Shown here: one piece after another, positions 63,971 to 64,000 of the stretch
How positions within the stretch are numbered: the first letter of the stretch is position 1
Layout of the letters: each line of letters begins with the position of its first letter
Notes under the pieces: model-generated
Database searches by the model: none
What the model saw: only the letters and a program-made list of their open reading frames with translations
Told to the model about the DNA's origin: nothing
Program-made: the position numbers and the translations under genes
IMG/VR virus record: IMGVR_UViG_3300006133_000325
DNA: 64,000 nt
Strand: one strand, 5' to 3'
From: a virus
Taxonomy: Duplodnaviria; Caudoviricetes

Positions 63971-64000
63971 TTTAAAACCCTCCCGTTATTTTTTATCAAT

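Larger units (their letters stand above)
1..64000. mobile_element. Part of a large SPbeta-like temperate phage/prophage (ends not visible)
   Basis: YonO-like RNAP, HU, phosphoesterase, terminase, portal, capsid, tail and tape measure in SPbeta-like order; no host housekeeping genes. Confidence 0.9.

Overview
AT-rich segment of a large SPbeta-like temperate siphophage or prophage, probably from a low-GC Firmicute (host is inference; no integrase or att site in the window). 1-7.1 kb is an accessory arm of repeated minus-strand cassettes: toxin-antitoxin or nuclease genes, small XRE-HTH genes with cassette-specific operators, promoter-driven putative ncRNAs and three twister ribozymes. 7.1-10.2 kb is AT-rich non-coding DNA plus a DUF3825 gene. 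10.3-28.6 kb holds ParB, a CRISPR-like repeat run, a deaminase, a YonO-like single-subunit RNA polymerase, tRNA-Met, MBL hydrolase, ClpP, HU and three antirepressors. 28.6-44 kb is the terminase-portal-capsid-tail-holin module, followed by a DAC-like/HExxH moron. The main finding is the tape-measure gene (from 48920), which is split by group I introns carrying cargo instead of homing endonucleases. Intron 1 (51434-52477) has clear splice signals and encodes a PBECR-type RNase plus a structured sRNA. Intron 2 starts at 53030; its guide sequence and a long-range helix point to a 3' splice site about 10 kb away (63015/63016), enclosing a defence island (DUF262, two-gene nuclease, IS200/IS605, type IIB-like R-M). 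All structures were read by eye; no searches or folding programs were run.
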